NCBI GenBank assembly: GCA_051530055.1
Contig: CM121342.1
Coordinates: 1,646,797 to 1,710,796, forward strand
DNA from: Neoechinorhynchus agilis
Lineage: Eukaryota; Animalia; Acanthocephala
Reading direction: 5' to 3'
DNA: 64,000 nt
Below the pieces are notes generated by a model, which saw only the letters and a program-made list of their open reading frames with translations, was not told where the DNA came from and ran no database searches. Each line of letters begins with the position of its first letter. Within the stretch, counting starts at the first letter, position 1. The position numbers and the translations under genes are program-made. Shown here one piece after another: positions 34,140-47,149 of the stretch.

Positions 34140-37100
34140 TAATTCGCTCTAACACGGCCGCCATACGGATGCTTGCGGCGTTTCCCCGCTGCACGGCGAG
34201 ACTAATAGTTTCCTATAGGTCAATCCCATCCGGTTAGTGACGACCATTTCGATAGGGCCTCTTTGAAATGCATTTCATTAAACACATCGAAAACTTTTTT
34301 CGAGTGTTCACGACTCGATCATATTGACGCAAGGAAGAAGGGTAAGGCAAGGTCACTCGTACATTTAATGCCAGAACCAGCGAAAGATGTAAGCAAGGTT
34401 GCCTTCATTTTAATTCGTCGAAAGCTTTTAAGTTTGTCGCGTACGAGGTTGTTGGACTTAGCCAAGTCGTTCTTATGGTCGAAGGTTGGAGTGGTTCTGA
34501 ACTTGCAGAGAAGCTTCGGTATGTAGACGCGATTTTTGATGAGAAATACTACCTCGTGCACTTTTAGCTTTAAAGCCTTCTCACATAGCAGCTCCAGAGT
34601 GGCCAATGTGCTTTCGATATCCATTGGAACGTTCTGCCCTAGTACGCATGAACCTAGTAAGCTGAGCTGAATCAGCCTCAAACCTGGTGCGACGGAGGTA
34701 TGGCCCGATCCACTCCATCTATGTTAATTAACAGCAGCTCACACTTCGAGAAGTTGAGCTCCAAACCTAACGCTGAAATCGTTTCCGAAATCTTCAGGTT
34801 CCTTAAGACAACCTCCGGCTTGTCTTCAAGAATAGCGTCATATAAATACCTGGCGTTGAATTTTCACCTTCAAGTGAAAATCCGATCGAGCCCAGAGGAT
34901 CTCTCTGTTGGACACCGAATTGAGACCAATTCAGATTATTCTCATAGAATAAAGGGGTCTTCGAGCCATAAGCTGTGTTGAAATATGGGAAGTTTCCAGA
35001 AGGTGATCCGAGATTCTATTTAAGAGCACGTTTCTACCTCGTGAATTAAAAGCGTTTCTGAAGTCAATCTTGAGCACAGTGGTTTGGTGGGTAGATGACT
35101 CGATGAAATTCCTTAGGGCATGCACGATCGCTTCTGATCCACATGGTGTACAACAACTGAGTTGTATGGGGCGAAGTAGCAGGCCAACTTTCTGTGTGAT
35201 CTTTCTGCATGTGATTTTTGCGAATAATCTTCGCAAGGTACAGCCTGTGGCAATCGGGTGAATTCTCCTTTTTTGATAGAGCGAACAAGGATGAAGAGAA
35301 GAAGAGCGCTGTGTTGGAATTGTATCAAGGTCTTCCCTCAAGAGCCGATCAAGTGAAAATCCGATCGAGCCCAGAGGATCTCTCTGTTGGACACCGAATT
35401 GAGACCAATTCAAATTATTCTCATAGAATAAAGGGGTCTTCGAGCCATAAGCTGTGTTGAAATATGGGAAGTTTCCAGAAGGTGATCCGAGATTCTATTT
35501 AAGAGCACGTTTCTACCTCGTGAATTAAAAGCGTTTCTGAAGTCAATCTTGAGCACAGTGGTTTGGTGGGTAGATGACTCGATGAAATTCCTTAGGGCAT
35601 GCACGATCGCTTCTGATCCACATGGTGTACAACAACTGAGTTGTATGGGGCGAAGTAGCAGGCCAACTTTCTGTGTGATCTTTCTGCATGTGATTTTTGC
35701 GAATAATCTTCGCAAGGTACAGCCTGTGGCAATCGGGTGAATTCTCCTTTTTTGATAGAGCGAACAAGGATGAAGAGAAGAAGAGCGCTGTGTTGGAATT
35801 GTATCAAGGTCTTCCCTCAAGAGCCGATCAAGTGAAAATCCGATCGAGCCCAGAGGATCTCTCTGTTGGACACCGAATTGAGACCAATTCAAATTATTCT
35901 CATAGAATAAAGGGGTCTTCGAGCCATAAGCTGTGTTGAAATATGGGAAGTTTCCAGAAGGTGATCCGAGATTCTATTTAAGAGCACGTTTCTACCTCGT
36001 GAATTAAAAGCGCTTCTGAAGTCAATCTTGAGCACAGTGGTTTGGTGGGTAGATGACTTGATGAAATTCCTTAGGGCATGCACGATCGCTTCTGATCCAC
36101 ATGGTGTACAACAACTGAGTTGTATGGGGCGAAGTAGCAGGCCAACTTTCTGTGTGATCTTTCTGCATGTGATTTTTGCGAATAATCTTCGCAAGGTACA
36201 GCCTGTGGCAATCGGGTGAATTCTCCTTTTTTGATAAAGCGAACAAGGATGAAGAGAAGAAGAGCGCGTTGGAATTGTATCAAGGTCTTCCCTCAAGAGC
36301 CGATCAAGTGAAAATCCGATCGAGCCCAGAGGATCTCTCTGTTGGACACCGAATTGAGACCAATTCAGATTATTCTCATAGAATAAAGGGGTCTTCGAGC
36401 CATAAGCTGTGTTGAAATATGGGAAGTCAGAAGGTGATCCGAGATTCTATTTAAGAGCACGTTTCTACCTCGTGAATTAAAAGCGTTTCTGAAGTCAATC
36501 TTGAGCACAGTGGTTTGGTGGGTAGATGACTCGATGAAATTCCTTAGGGCATGCACGATCGCTTCTGATCCACATGGTGTACAACAACTGAGTTGTATGG
36601 GGCGAAGTAGCAGGCCAACTTTCTGTGTGATCTTTCTGCATGTGATTTTTGCGAATAATCTTCGCAAGGTACAGCCTGTGGCAATCGGGTGAATTCTCCT
36701 TTTTTGATAGAGCGAACAAGGATGAAGAGAAGAAGAGCGCTGTGTTGGAATTGTATCAAGGTCTTCCCTCAAGAGCCGATCAAGTGAAAATCCGATCGAG
36801 CCCAGAGGATCTCTCTGTTGGACACCGAATTGAGACCAATTCAAATTATTCTCATAGAATAAAGGGGTCTTCGAGCCATAAGCTGTGTTGAAATATGGGA
36901 AGTTTCCAGAAGGTGATCCGAGATTCTATTTAAGAGCACGTTTCTACCTCGTGAATTAAAAGCGTTTTTAAGTCAATCTTGAGCACAGTGGTTTGGTGGG
37001 TAGATGACTCGATGAAATTCCTTAGGGCATGCACGATCGCTTCTGATCCACATGGTGTACAACAACTGAGTTGTATGGGGCGAAGTAGCAGGCCAACTTT

Positions 37101-39235
37101 CTGTGTGATCTTTCTGCATGTGATTTTTGCGAATAATCTTCGCAAGGTACAGCCTGTGGCAATCGGGTGAATTCTCCTTTTTTGATAAAGCGAACAAGGA
37201 TGAAGAGAAGAAGAGCGCTGTGTTGGAATTGTATCAAGGTCTTCCCTCAAGAGCCGATCAAGTGAAATCCGATCGAGCCCAGAGGATCTCTCTGTTGGAC
37301 ACCGAATTGAGACCAATTCAAATTATTCTCATAGAATAAAGGGGTCTTCGAGCCATAAGCTGTGTTGAAATATGGGAAGTTTCTAGAAGGTGATCCGAGA
37401 TTCTATTTAAGAGCACGTTTCTACCTCGTGAATTAAAAGCGCTTCTGAAGTCAATCTTGAGCACAGTGGTTTGGTGGGTAGATGACTTGATGAAATTCCT
37501 TAGGGCATGCACGATCGCTTCTGATCCACATGGTGTACAACAACTGAATTGTATGGGGCGAAGTAGCAGGCCAACTTTCTGTGTGATCTTTCTGCATGTG
37601 ATTTTTGCGAATAATCTTCGCAAGGTACAGCCTGTGGCAATCGGGTGAATTCTCCTTTTTTGATAGAGCGAACAAGGATGAAGAGAAGAAGAGCGCTGTG
37701 TTGGAATTGTATCAAGGTCTTCCCTCAAGAGCCGATCAAGTGAAAATCCGATCGAGCCCAGAGGATCTCTCTGTTGGACACCGAATTGAGACCAATTCAG
37801 ATTATTCTCATAGAATAAAGGGGTCTTCGAGCCATAAGCTGTGTTGAAATATGGGAAGTTTCCAGAAGGTGATCCGAGATTCTATTTAAGAGCACGTTTC
37901 TACCTCGTGAATTAAAAGCGTTTCTGAAGTCAATCTTGAGCACAGTGGTTTGGTGGGTAGATGACTCGATGAAATTCCTTAGGGCATGCACGATCGCTTC
38001 TGATCCACATGGTGTACAACAACTGAGTTGTATGGGGCGAAGTAGCAGGCCAACTTTCTGTGTGATCTTTCTGCATGTGATTTTTGCGAATAATCTTCGC
38101 AAGGTACAGCCTGTGGCAATCGGGTGAATTCTCCTTTTTTGATAGAGCGAACAAGGATGAAGAGAAGAAGAGCGCTGTGTTGGAATTGTATCAAGGTCTT
38201 CCCTCAAGAGCCGATCAAGTGAAAATCCGATCGAGCCCAGAGGATCTCTCTGTTGGACACCGAATTGAGACCAATTCAGATTATTCTCATAGAAAGGGCC
38301 TTCGAGCCATAAGCTGTGTTGAAATATGGGAAGTTTCTAGAAGGTGATCCGAGATTCTATTTAAGAGCACGTTTCTACCTCGTGAATTAAAAGCGTTTCT
38401 TAAGTCAATCTTGAGCACAGTGGTTTGGTGGGTAGATGACTTGATGAAATTCCTTAGGGCATGCACGATCGCTTCTGATCCACATGGTGTACAACAACTG
38501 AGTTGTATGGGGCGAAGTAGCAGGCCAACTTTCTGTGTGATCTTTCTGCATGTGATTTTTGCGAATAATCTTCGCAAGGTACAGCCTGTGGCAATCGGGT
38601 GAATTCTCCTTTTTTGATAGAGCGAACAAGGATGAAGAGAAGAAGAGCGCTGTGTTGGAATTGTATCAAGGTCTTCCCTCAAGAGCCGATCAATCACCCT
38701 GAGCAAAGCGTTTCCTATCGAAATCGCAGCGGATCCACTCAATGCTGTGGGCGTAGACCATTTGTCAGTTCCCCGAGCCATAAGAAAAAAGGAGATCGCT
38801 TGTTTTAGTTATGCAAAGGAGACTGGCATGTATTCATCAGAAACGGCCCGAAGACTTTCCGAAGGAATGATTACATCACGTTTGGGCGAGGGATGCTTTT
38901 CTCGTAAAGCTGCTAGCGTCGATGTAATATCAGTGCAAAAAGTATCATCCGACGACAGAGTACGAACTGCTCCTCGGACCTCTCCACATAGTTTTGCCGA
39001 GGAACATGCATCCACGGGTCGAGTATCCCGGGTATTCCTCCGGCTCGGTTCACTTTTTCACCCTCTGCAAAAAGGATTCGAAAAGCACCTCATACGTAAG
39101 TGCCCGCTCTCTACTCGTTTTCCTCGAGGTTGGTTTCGGAAAACGAGTCGTTGGTGCTGAGGACCAAGCGAGGGAAAGCGAAAAGTCGGAGTCACAGGCG
39201 GTCACCAGAGCTCTGAGCAGCGTTGATCATTATTT
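34140..39235 (-). mobile_element. CRE-clade RLE LINE, decayed, with an internal 8-fold amplification of the RT core
   Basis: GEVRGAVRTLSSDD...LREKHP; HPIATGCTLRRLFAK...GSEAIVHA...LKIDFRNAFNS; GVQQRDPLG; YLYD...LGLELNFSKCE; LLGS...PKLL..FRT; C-terminal LAVQRGNAAS at ~34170-34200. Confidence 0.88.
34871..38690. repeat. Tandem array of 8 units of 475-479 bp
   Basis: Unit starts (caagtgaaa) at 34871, 35350, 35829, 36305, 36781, 37259, 37737 and 38216; near-identical. Confidence 0.98.
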
Positions 39236-39239
39236 TAGA

Positions 39240-39630
39240 ATACGTCTGCGAATGGCGGGAGGGCAAATGCCTTCACTGGGACGCCACGTGTGTGGACACC
39301 CTTGCAGTAAGCAACATTCTTTACTGTCTCGAAATCGCTGGAGGTGCAGCGAAAGGGAGAAAGGTACGAAAATATAGGGATTTAGCAAGGGTCCACTATT
39401 TTGTCCCTTTCGGAGTAGTGGAGCGCTTGGCAGCTCGGCACTTTCTCTGCTCCAGGATCTCTAGAAGAGATTGAGAGAAGCGACGCACGAGCAGGTGTAT
39501 TCCTGCTACAAAATATCTCGCTCGCGGTACAACGAGGCAATGCTGCAAGCGCGATAGCGACAGCCGAGGAAGGAGAGAAGCTCCAATTTTTCGGACGGTG
39601 GTGATTGCACGTTTTGTACTATATTATGTT
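39240..39630 (+). mobile_element. CRE-clade LINE 3' end (RLE domain), head-to-head with the minus-strand copy
   Basis: WREGKCLHWDATCVDTLA...KYRDL...FVPFGV...QNISLAVQRGNAAS. Confidence 0.88.
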
Positions 39631-39659
39631 AGGATTAAAAAAATGTTTTCTTCTAAAAA

Positions 39660-40420
39660 CATCTCTCTCACCTCACTCTAAGTTTTTCTTATATTCCGAC
39701 GATCTCACCCTCATCACAAAATCGCCCTTCGACTCCTCTCCCGCTCCTTAAGATCTAACGAAATCATCCACATAAAAGATTTCTGCAGCAATCACAAACT
39801 CTACCTTAACTTCTCTAAATGCTTGGAAATGATCCCACCAATCTCTAACTGCCTTATGTCCGACTCCGAGCTTCCAATTGACATCCAACAAGTCACCTCC
39901 CTCAAAATTCCGGGTCTCTAATTTCAATCAAATCTAAAATGCGACTCACACATTACACTTTCCTTCAAACGAAATACCTTTAAAATCTACGCCTTCGAGC
40001 ACTTCCGCCATTTAGGAGTTCCTTCGCCCAATCTCTCCATATTTTACAACAGCATTATTTTACTTCCAATCACCTACGGCTATTTCATCTTTTGCAGCTT
40101 ATCCAAATCACAAATCCGTCGCTTTGAAACGTACAACACTCGCAATCCGAATTCCTTAAATCCTCTTATACCTAGCACCTCTCTCTACCTCTGCTCCTTT
40201 TTCCATGCTGCCCAATCTTCTGGGATATCATAAATTTAAATGAACCTAAGGAAATACCCAACTTCACAAACTATCCCACACAATAACCACCAACATTCCC
40301 ACCCGACCGTAACCGTCATCAACTCCAAAATAAACAACCATTTTAAAGGAACCCGTCATATTGTTCGAGTGTTCACGATGACCCAGGAGTATATGGTTCC
40401 TGTACTTTGAACAATAATAC
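39660..40420 (+). mobile_element. CR1/L2-type LINE 3' fragment (family A)
   Basis: KDFCSNHKLYLNFSKC; FQSNLKCDSHI...LGVP..NL..FYNSII..ITYG...SQIRRFE. Confidence 0.8.
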
Positions 40421-41053
40421 GTGTTGTTATAGAATCGCTGAAATATAATTACTGTTAGAATTTCCAACAATAAAATCTCGAACCCAGAATAGAAGCTTGT
40501 GAATATGTTATTTTTGATAAAAGGGAGACATTCCTGGGATTAATGTAAACGTTTGTGATGCAGAGGGTAAATTTTATCAAAAAAGGACTTTGAATTCTCA
40601 AATATTGTACAGCATAAATGTCACTTTTATATTAGTGTAAAAGCTTAGGTTTCAGGACTTTCAAACAACAGAGGTCGCCCCTGTACATAAACCGCTGTTC
40701 TTCGTCGCATTTTTCAAACATATCAATTCTCTACCTTCTGCCTGGGCTGGTGAGCACAGGAAGTTCTGCTTACAAAGGTTTGACAAATAGATTAGCTAAC
40801 TATTGTTCTACTATTCTACATGTAGCGCAGTTTCTTATGCTCTTGTTGTTGCTATCGAAAGAAAATTTCCTGTTTCTGAAAAGTGAAAAGTTATAGTATC
40901 ATTTTTATCCCTTACTAATTCGTGTTCCGCACTATAAGTGTAGACAAGATTATGTTTAAATTTAAAATGGAATCACAAGGTTGCCAATCGTTCAAGTTGG
41001 ACTCATTCCCTATTGAGATTTGAAGTCCATCTGTCACATTGGATTGTACAACT

Positions 41054-43559
41054 TTATACTTCAACGCTCCGTCTTTTTTGATCATCGACAGATTTTGAAG
41101 TTTGATCCGCTACCTTCGGTTCCATGGCAGATTCGCTTGCACTGTTGACGTTTCCCTTGTTTTTTCTGCTACATCTAAGGGAAGCCATGAACTTCTGCAA
41201 CTTGTCTGCGATGAACCTTAACGCTGGATGAAAACACGTAGTTTTTTTGGTTAAAGAGAGCTTTGTGAAGTCAATAAAAACGGCATTTTAACTTACGTTT
41301 AATTAATAGTCAGAGCATATCTGCAATACAGAGAGCTTACCTTTTACAGGTTTTGAAGAAAAACTCATTTTGTGTCTGAGTGGTGATGTTGAAATGGAGG
41401 AGTAATTGGCGACGTGGATGTAAAGAATCGAGAAAACAATATGTCTGGCAAAGAAAGAGTGTGTGTGTCAAAAGAACAATACCAGGCGAGGCACCAATGA
41501 AGCAAAAAGTCAATCGTCTGGTGAAATGTAAAAGAATGCAATTATCCCACTGGAAAGGATTGGTACAAATGTCCCACACAAAATATGTGACTTTAACACA
41601 CGAGTTGTACAGGATTTTCTATCCATCAAGATTACTGCTCTTCATTCTGGAGCAAACTGTGTATCGAATTAACTTCTGATTAAATGTAGCGTTCATCTAC
41701 CGTTCCCTTCTTTGCGCAATTGATGCTCTTTGAGAAAGTACAAGTGGCGTTAGGTGATTTCTTGCAACAGAGTTGGATTTCCACGTTCGTACATATTGAT
41801 CCTCTTCAGAATGTACATTGGAGTTTAGTGGCGTCGAATTTCTTTTTGTAGATATTATAGACGGAACAAGTTGAGTATTCATCGAATGGCTATCTCCTCT
41901 AGAATGATGACTTTGACTTCTTGAATGTTGATTCGAAATTTGTAGACTATTGGAATGTCGGAACATATCCAGTTCGTACTCATCTGTTTCAAAGTAACCT
42001 TCCTTGGCTCTGAAATCCGCAGTTGATCGATTATGCACGACTGAGTTGGCTCGATTTTTCGATTGAGGTAACCCCAGAAACTCTAAAGCGCTATGGACTT
42101 TCGCCATTAGTTGGGAAGCAGTACTTGGAGACGGATTTCGCATTTTGTCCGATCGCTTGAATTTACTTTCATTTTTTAGAAGACGGTGTTTGTTTTTTGA
42201 CGTGGATAATTTATTTTGAATTGCATGATACGCCAAATACACAAATTGATATTGTTCCTAATTATTTTTATTTAAGCATAGAAACGATTATGGATACTAA
42301 CAAGAGTCTGGATCATGCCAACACGTTGTCTTCTCAAATCTTTTGCGATTCGAAACACAAGAACTTGATTGGATTCGTCCTAGACAGTATTTTCGAAGAG
42401 TATTGACAATTTCCTGTTTAAATAAGCATACATTAGGTTGTTGTAAACTTTGTCGGTGTTTAAAGTAGTTCATTATTATATCAATTGCTATCAGAGTCCC
42501 GGTTCGTCCACATCCAGCGCTGATTAGAATTTGTGTGTGTTTAAATAGGCCCGATAAGAACAAACCTGCAGTGAACAACCATTATAGGTCGGTTTTGCCC
42601 AAGTGCAGTTCGATGTCTTGATTTTATAAGATTGTCTTTGACGGCATGGATATGATCAAGAAGATTGAGAATCGGTTCTGTTCCATCCAGTGGACATCCC
42701 CGATCGGGCCACCGAGTAAAATGAATGTGAATAAATTTGTGCACGGTATCGCCATAATAGATTCCTAGCTGCCTAATGATGAAATTCCCAGTTACGTCGA
42801 CTTCCGGTGAACTTGAAACCGAACGAATGACAAAGGAATTTACTGGATACTCTTCGTTTTGAGTACTAGGCCAATATCGAAAGCATTTTGACTAAATGGG
42901 TTTATTTCTCTTTTTCGACAAAAATCAATGTAAACTAACGTCATTCTGATCGGCTTCGTCGACAATACAAACAACTATCTCGATCTGGTACTCCCATATC
43001 ATGCGGATAAAATCAAAACACGTCGATCGAGTTGGTCCCTGTGCTGCTATATATTTTTCTCCCATTAACTTGTCCTATTTTTATCGAGTCAAAATAAGGA
43101 AATCATTAATTTGCAAAAAGACTCGCATTTATATGGCTTGCGTTGATATAATCGTTTCCGTCTCCGGCTGTGATTGGCAGAAGTCGAACTCTATTATCTT
43201 CATCTACCAATTGTGCAATAAAATCGAAGTGGACAAAGGTTTAAAAAACTCACAAGGTATAATATCCCTATAACGGTTTTTGTGGTAATTCATTGGAAGA
43301 AGTCCATATGAATGTGGTAGGGGAACCGATTGACTTTGAACTCGATGTCTGCTTGTCATTCGAATTTCCTAACGAGAACTTGAGAAATGCGGCTCGCAAC
43401 ACTAAAACCAACATTAAACTCTGCGCTTGAGGTTTGCGGTACAACAACGCTGTTGCCATTGCGGATCATTGCTATGTGCCTCTTCATAACAGTACGAACA
43501 CTCTCGCTATTGTCGTTTATTGAAGGTAATAGTTGTTGAGCATCTCGTCGAGAATCCAT
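41054..43559 (-). CDS. PTPN12: Non-receptor protein tyrosine phosphatase, PEST subfamily (PTPN12/18/22-like); 3' exons uncertain (the stop may be at 41697)
   Basis: KNRYRDIIP, DYINAS, YIAAQGP, KCFRYWP, WPDRG, HCSAGCGRTG, LRRQRVGMIQTLEQY, then a long Ser-rich tail; symbol is family-level. Confidence 0.88.
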
Positions 43560-44426
43560 CGTCCAAGGAAGCTAAAGTGGAAGATAACAATTTTCACTGG
43601 AAAGGAAGGATTGAGCGTTTTTCAAAAGCTAGCGAATGACACAGTTGTCTAGAGAAACACGAGTGCGTAAAAATGACGAAGGTTTCATAAGGTGCGGAAA
43701 AGCTCTCATTAATAAAGGTGAAGATCTATCCTGAACTACAATAGTCAAAGCGCTACATCGTCCTTAAATTGAGAGGACATACTTGAGATAGGTTACACTT
43801 TATCGAAAATTGTAGTTAAGATCTTGTTGCGATTTGTGGCGTTTAAATTCTATACAATTTTCATTGTTTAAATGCTGAAAAAAAAGGAAAACTTTATTAC
43901 CAAGATCCCTACTAACGCAATATATGTGCGAAAATAAGAAGCATTAAAATGTTAGAGTAACTGAAAAGATCTTTTACTCAACGTTGAAGTACATTGAAAA
44001 TACTTATAACTAACACATTAGAACGTCTACTAACTCATCGAGCAAAACAAAGAGTGAGCGGTTAAATTGGAGTGCACAATGAGTATAAAAATTGCGCAGT
44101 TCTAATTGAAAAATAACGTAAATCTCAGAGAAATGGTTTGACATTCTAATGTGTTACTGGTAGCTCGAAAGGTCAAAGAGTTGTTTAGAGAAAACTACAC
44201 TGCATTACTACTTAACTAATAAACGTGTACTAATAATTAAAGATAAAATCCATGAGTATGTGGAAGTGGGGAAAAATTATATATCCAAGAATCACTTTAA
44301 TTCAAAAATATTTCGTATAATCACGCTGGACTTCTTCAGTCAATTATCTAAAAAGGAATTTGGAAACTTAGTGATTTTTGGATATATAATTTTTCACCAA
44401 TTCCACGTACTAATAATTTTTAAATA

Positions 44427-44644
44427 CAGTAGAACGTCGTTTATCCGCGAATTAATTGGGACCGAACACTATCCGGATACGAGGTTTGTTTTCAAAGGTA
44501 AAATTACATGATTTTAACTTTATCATTGAAAATAATCATTTGTTTTTCTCTGTAGAAATGGACACCTTCGTTTTTTCGCGCAACAGTAATGGAGTAGTAC
44601 AGCATTCCGGATAATAGACGTTTCGGATAATCGATGTTCCACTG
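44427..44644. mobile_element. Tc1/mariner-pogo-type MITE (218 bp)
   Basis: TIRs cagtagaacgtcgtttatccg / cggataatcgatgttccactg, flanked by a TA duplication. Confidence 0.85.
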
Positions 44645-45862
44645 TATTCAATAGTAGGCTAAACGGCAATCGTTCTGGCTTTAGAATCAACAGGATTGTA
44701 AATGCGCAGTTTCACAATACCGTAAGTCGTATTTTCGTATAATGTTGCGGAGGAATAATTGAACGCTTCTGATATTTTCGACTCTGTCACAAAATCTAAT
44801 GAAACAATGACTTGACCTTTTACGTCGATTCTGTAAACTGAGAGAGCGCATTAATGTGGCTTTCGTTTGCTGAGAACATATTCATGAAATCTCCGTTTTT
44901 TCAGTTTAATTGTTTTTCGTTCTTTGTCTTGAAAGCCTTTTGATTTTAATAAAAGTACCAGAAGATGCCATTAAGTAAATTTTCCGTTCGTTTATTGTCG
45001 ACATTTTTGGCAGTTTACATCGGTTAGATGTGCTTCAAGGAAAATACGATCTGACGATTGCTGTCAAGTTGACAATAAAAGGATTTGTTGAAAAATGAAA
45101 CTGCTCATGATTTTTGTGTAGTGGCGACAAAAATTATGTAAATTTAATGAAACGATATTTGGGCTCAATCGAGAGCCTTTATCAAGATTGTTTGCAAGTT
45201 CATTCACATTTGAAAAACTTGAATAAAAGAATTAAAAATTAGATTAGGGTCAAATTCATAAACCTTAAAACAATTTAACTCGCTATCAACATTTGAGATA
45301 ATAAACACGACCAACATTATTGTTTGAAGATTGAATTGTTCATGTTTGTATCTGGCGTAAAAAATAAAAGATTATAAATTGATTCCAATATTTCAGAGGC
45401 ACAATCTTTTGGCTTTATCAAAGTTGTTTTAGTGTGATACAAACACCGACATTATTAGAAATAAAAAAGGTTTCATCAACAACAATACTAAGAATGTCAG
45501 CGGTACAACTGCCAAAATATAATGTTTATACGAATTAATTGATACCGGATACCATTCGGATACGAGATTGTGGTGTATTCAGTTTTTAAAGATAGACCCC
45601 AGATATCAAAATTCTTAACATGCTTTGGGAAAGTGGTCTTAGAAAAAGGAAAACTAGAGTATAATTACATTACTTTAACTTTATTTGTGGCATTGCCAGG
45701 ATGAAGAACAAGTTTCAGCGATTACCAGGACAGGATTTTATAAACCTTCCTCTTTTAAAAGAGGACTAGGTTTGAAGTTTTTGTATCTTAAATCCACAAT
45801 CTAACAAAGCGCCAGTGCCTTCCGCTTTCAAAAATAAAGTCAGTATTTAAAATTTAATACCA

Positions 45863-46728
45863 TTAAACCAAAAGAAGAGCATTAACGCATCCATCATTTT
45901 CGGGACGATTCGTGATTTGAGCATATTTGCCCCACACGACCTTTCCTCCAGGAGTCACAAGTCCAAGTTCACTCACGTTCACTTCAATGATTGTTCCCTT
46001 GCTAAGAACTCCAAGATTGGTGAAGACCTGAGAACTCGGATTCCGCTTTACTCCTAGAATTTGAAGAGCAAAGGTTGCTTTCAATTCAGGATGTGTTACA
46101 TTTGCGACTCGGAAACGTAAAGCCATCGGCCGTATAAACCTTTCAAATTTCGGTGGCTTCCTTGTAAAGGATTCCGGAACAAAGCATGGACGAGTTACCA
46201 TTCGTTTCCATGCCTTCTTTTGTCTTTTGCCGGTCTTAATGACTTTAAACACATCAGCGTCGCTTCCCGAGAAAATTCACATTTCAGCTTTTTAAAGCCT
46301 CAAATCACTTAATTATGAGCCCAGTGGAAAAACGTGAATTCTCTCGATACAGCCCCTATTTTAGGAATCGGAACGGTCCACTTTCCACCTTTTTCTTTTC
46401 TTTTCTGCTTAATTGTATTGCTTAGCACTTTCGCTCGGGATTCCTCGTTTCTGTCAATCAAATACGAAGGTATGGGGTAATCGTCCTCTTTTGCTTTTCG
46501 TTCAGTCTTGGTCTCTCGTTCTTCATGTGACTTTATAGTTCGCTTCATTGTGATCTTTTCAACGCGTCGTTGACGATTGTACAATTTCGCCTTGATTCCT
46601 CGCAGAGTACGAGCTTTACGAGATCGAACATGAGCAAAACGCCCTTCCTTTTTTCGCTGCCGTTCAAAATGATCAAATCTACGTCCATATCTTTTAATAT
46701 GCTGCTCAATATATTCGTTCTGCGGCAT
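45863..46728 (-). CDS. NSA2: Ribosome biogenesis protein NSA2 (eS8 family), 2 exons
   Basis: MPQNEYIE...[20 protein letters not shown]...KAWKRMVT...[12 protein letters not shown]...GKYAQITN...NALLLV. Confidence 0.98.
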
Positions 46729-47149
46729 CTTATCTAAAAAAATATTTTGACTGGAAAGAAAATCTCTTACAGGTTCTTTCGTGTCCACGAGGAAGCGCAG
46801 TACAATAAAGCGACTTCAATGTTTTTGCAGGAAAGTGAGCGGTTCAGGTGTATGAATTTCATCATTATAAAACGCTTTAATGTCTTAAATGAAGAAGTTT
46901 AGAACCTCGTCATCCCAGTGACGTATTTTAGATACGAAAGAATGTTAAAGTGTCGTTATGAATATCAGCATTGAGGTTTCTCATCAATAGAATAGAGGAT
47001 TCCATTTGATTGAGCTCTTCGAAGACTATTACCAAGTTTGTGTTTAAATAAATTAAGAGTTTGCGAGTCGGATTCCAGTCTGATAAACCGGAATCGTCCG
47101 GGAATGACTCATCACTGTCATAAAATCGAAACGATAACATGCCGTTGAG

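Noticed and set aside
34871-38690. CRISPR-like or bacterial repeat array; the many repeated 60-160 aa ORFs as genes
   Set aside because: Units are near-identical 479-bp RT fragments with no spacers; the ORFs are frameshifted retroelement pieces or antisense shadows
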